Assembly (NCBI GenBank): GCA_964016885.1
Contig: OZ024741.1
Coordinates: 59,086,001 to 59,150,000, forward strand
Direction of reading: 5' to 3'
Source: Eledone cirrhosa
Taxonomy: Eukaryota
Length of the DNA: 64,000 bases
Within the stretch, counting starts at the first letter, position 1. Each line of letters starts with the position of its first letter. Position numbers and translations under genes: made by a program. Below, piece by piece: positions 63,521-64,000 of this stretch. The notes under the pieces are model-generated. The model did no database searches, was not told where the DNA came from, and saw only the letters and a program-made list of their open reading frames with translations.

Positions 63521-64000
63521 CCCTATTTGTTAACCTTCTTTTATAGTTTATTCCTACCTCCCACTTCTTATATTTTCCCCTATTTTTCTCTCTTCCCTTT
63601 TGTAAATACATACAACTGCATATGAAATTTTGACTAAATAAGATACCAGCAATACACTTTCCATTGTTTCAAGTTTAAACAACTGTCGTCTTGTTCTCTA
63701 GTATGCTGTTATTGATGTTATTGTGATATTATAGAAGTCAATACATGCAATAACACTGAAGCCATTTGATTTAGACCTTAACTATTGATTTATCATTGTT
63801 CAGAGGACAAATTGTAAAGCAATCGATTAAGAATAATAAAGTTTCTCAAGGCAGACACACACACACATTCTTATCTCATCCTCAACTTTACCTAATTTGA
63901 TAAAATCATTCCCCGTTGAGAATTGAAGCTCTTATGCTATTTCATTTTGGCATTCCACATCCTATCTTATGCCATAAATTCCTTTATATTATTCTCTTTG

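Overview
AT-rich, (TA)n-studded animal genomic DNA. The repeat complement (RTE LINEs with (CAT)n tails, tRNA-derived SINEs, mariner, Helitron, Penelope-like elements) resembles coleoid cephalopod genomes; this is an inference. No host protein-coding gene can be supported, and nearly all ORF-track entries are transposon remnants or microsatellite read-through. The main hidden structure is a set of type I hammerhead ribozyme (HHR) motifs: about 10 copies from about 7 sequence families. Three Naiad-like Penelope elements have inverted pseudo-LTR arms (about 0.3, 1.25 and 1.1 kb) that carry HHRs, and one HHR has a compensatory U3-A8 core. Two related ~160-bp HHR-only inserts sit in (TA)n tracts and share an extra A after A9. 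Other signals: a SINE copy with strand-specific A-to-G hypermutation (ADAR-like), a SECIS-like vestige, a CRE retrotransposon with a PHD finger, a non-autonomous tRNA-Trp-primed Gypsy element with a second PBS inside its LTRs, a Helitron with a tandem 3' duplication, and a near-perfect 228-bp fold-back. All alignments and folds were done by eye.
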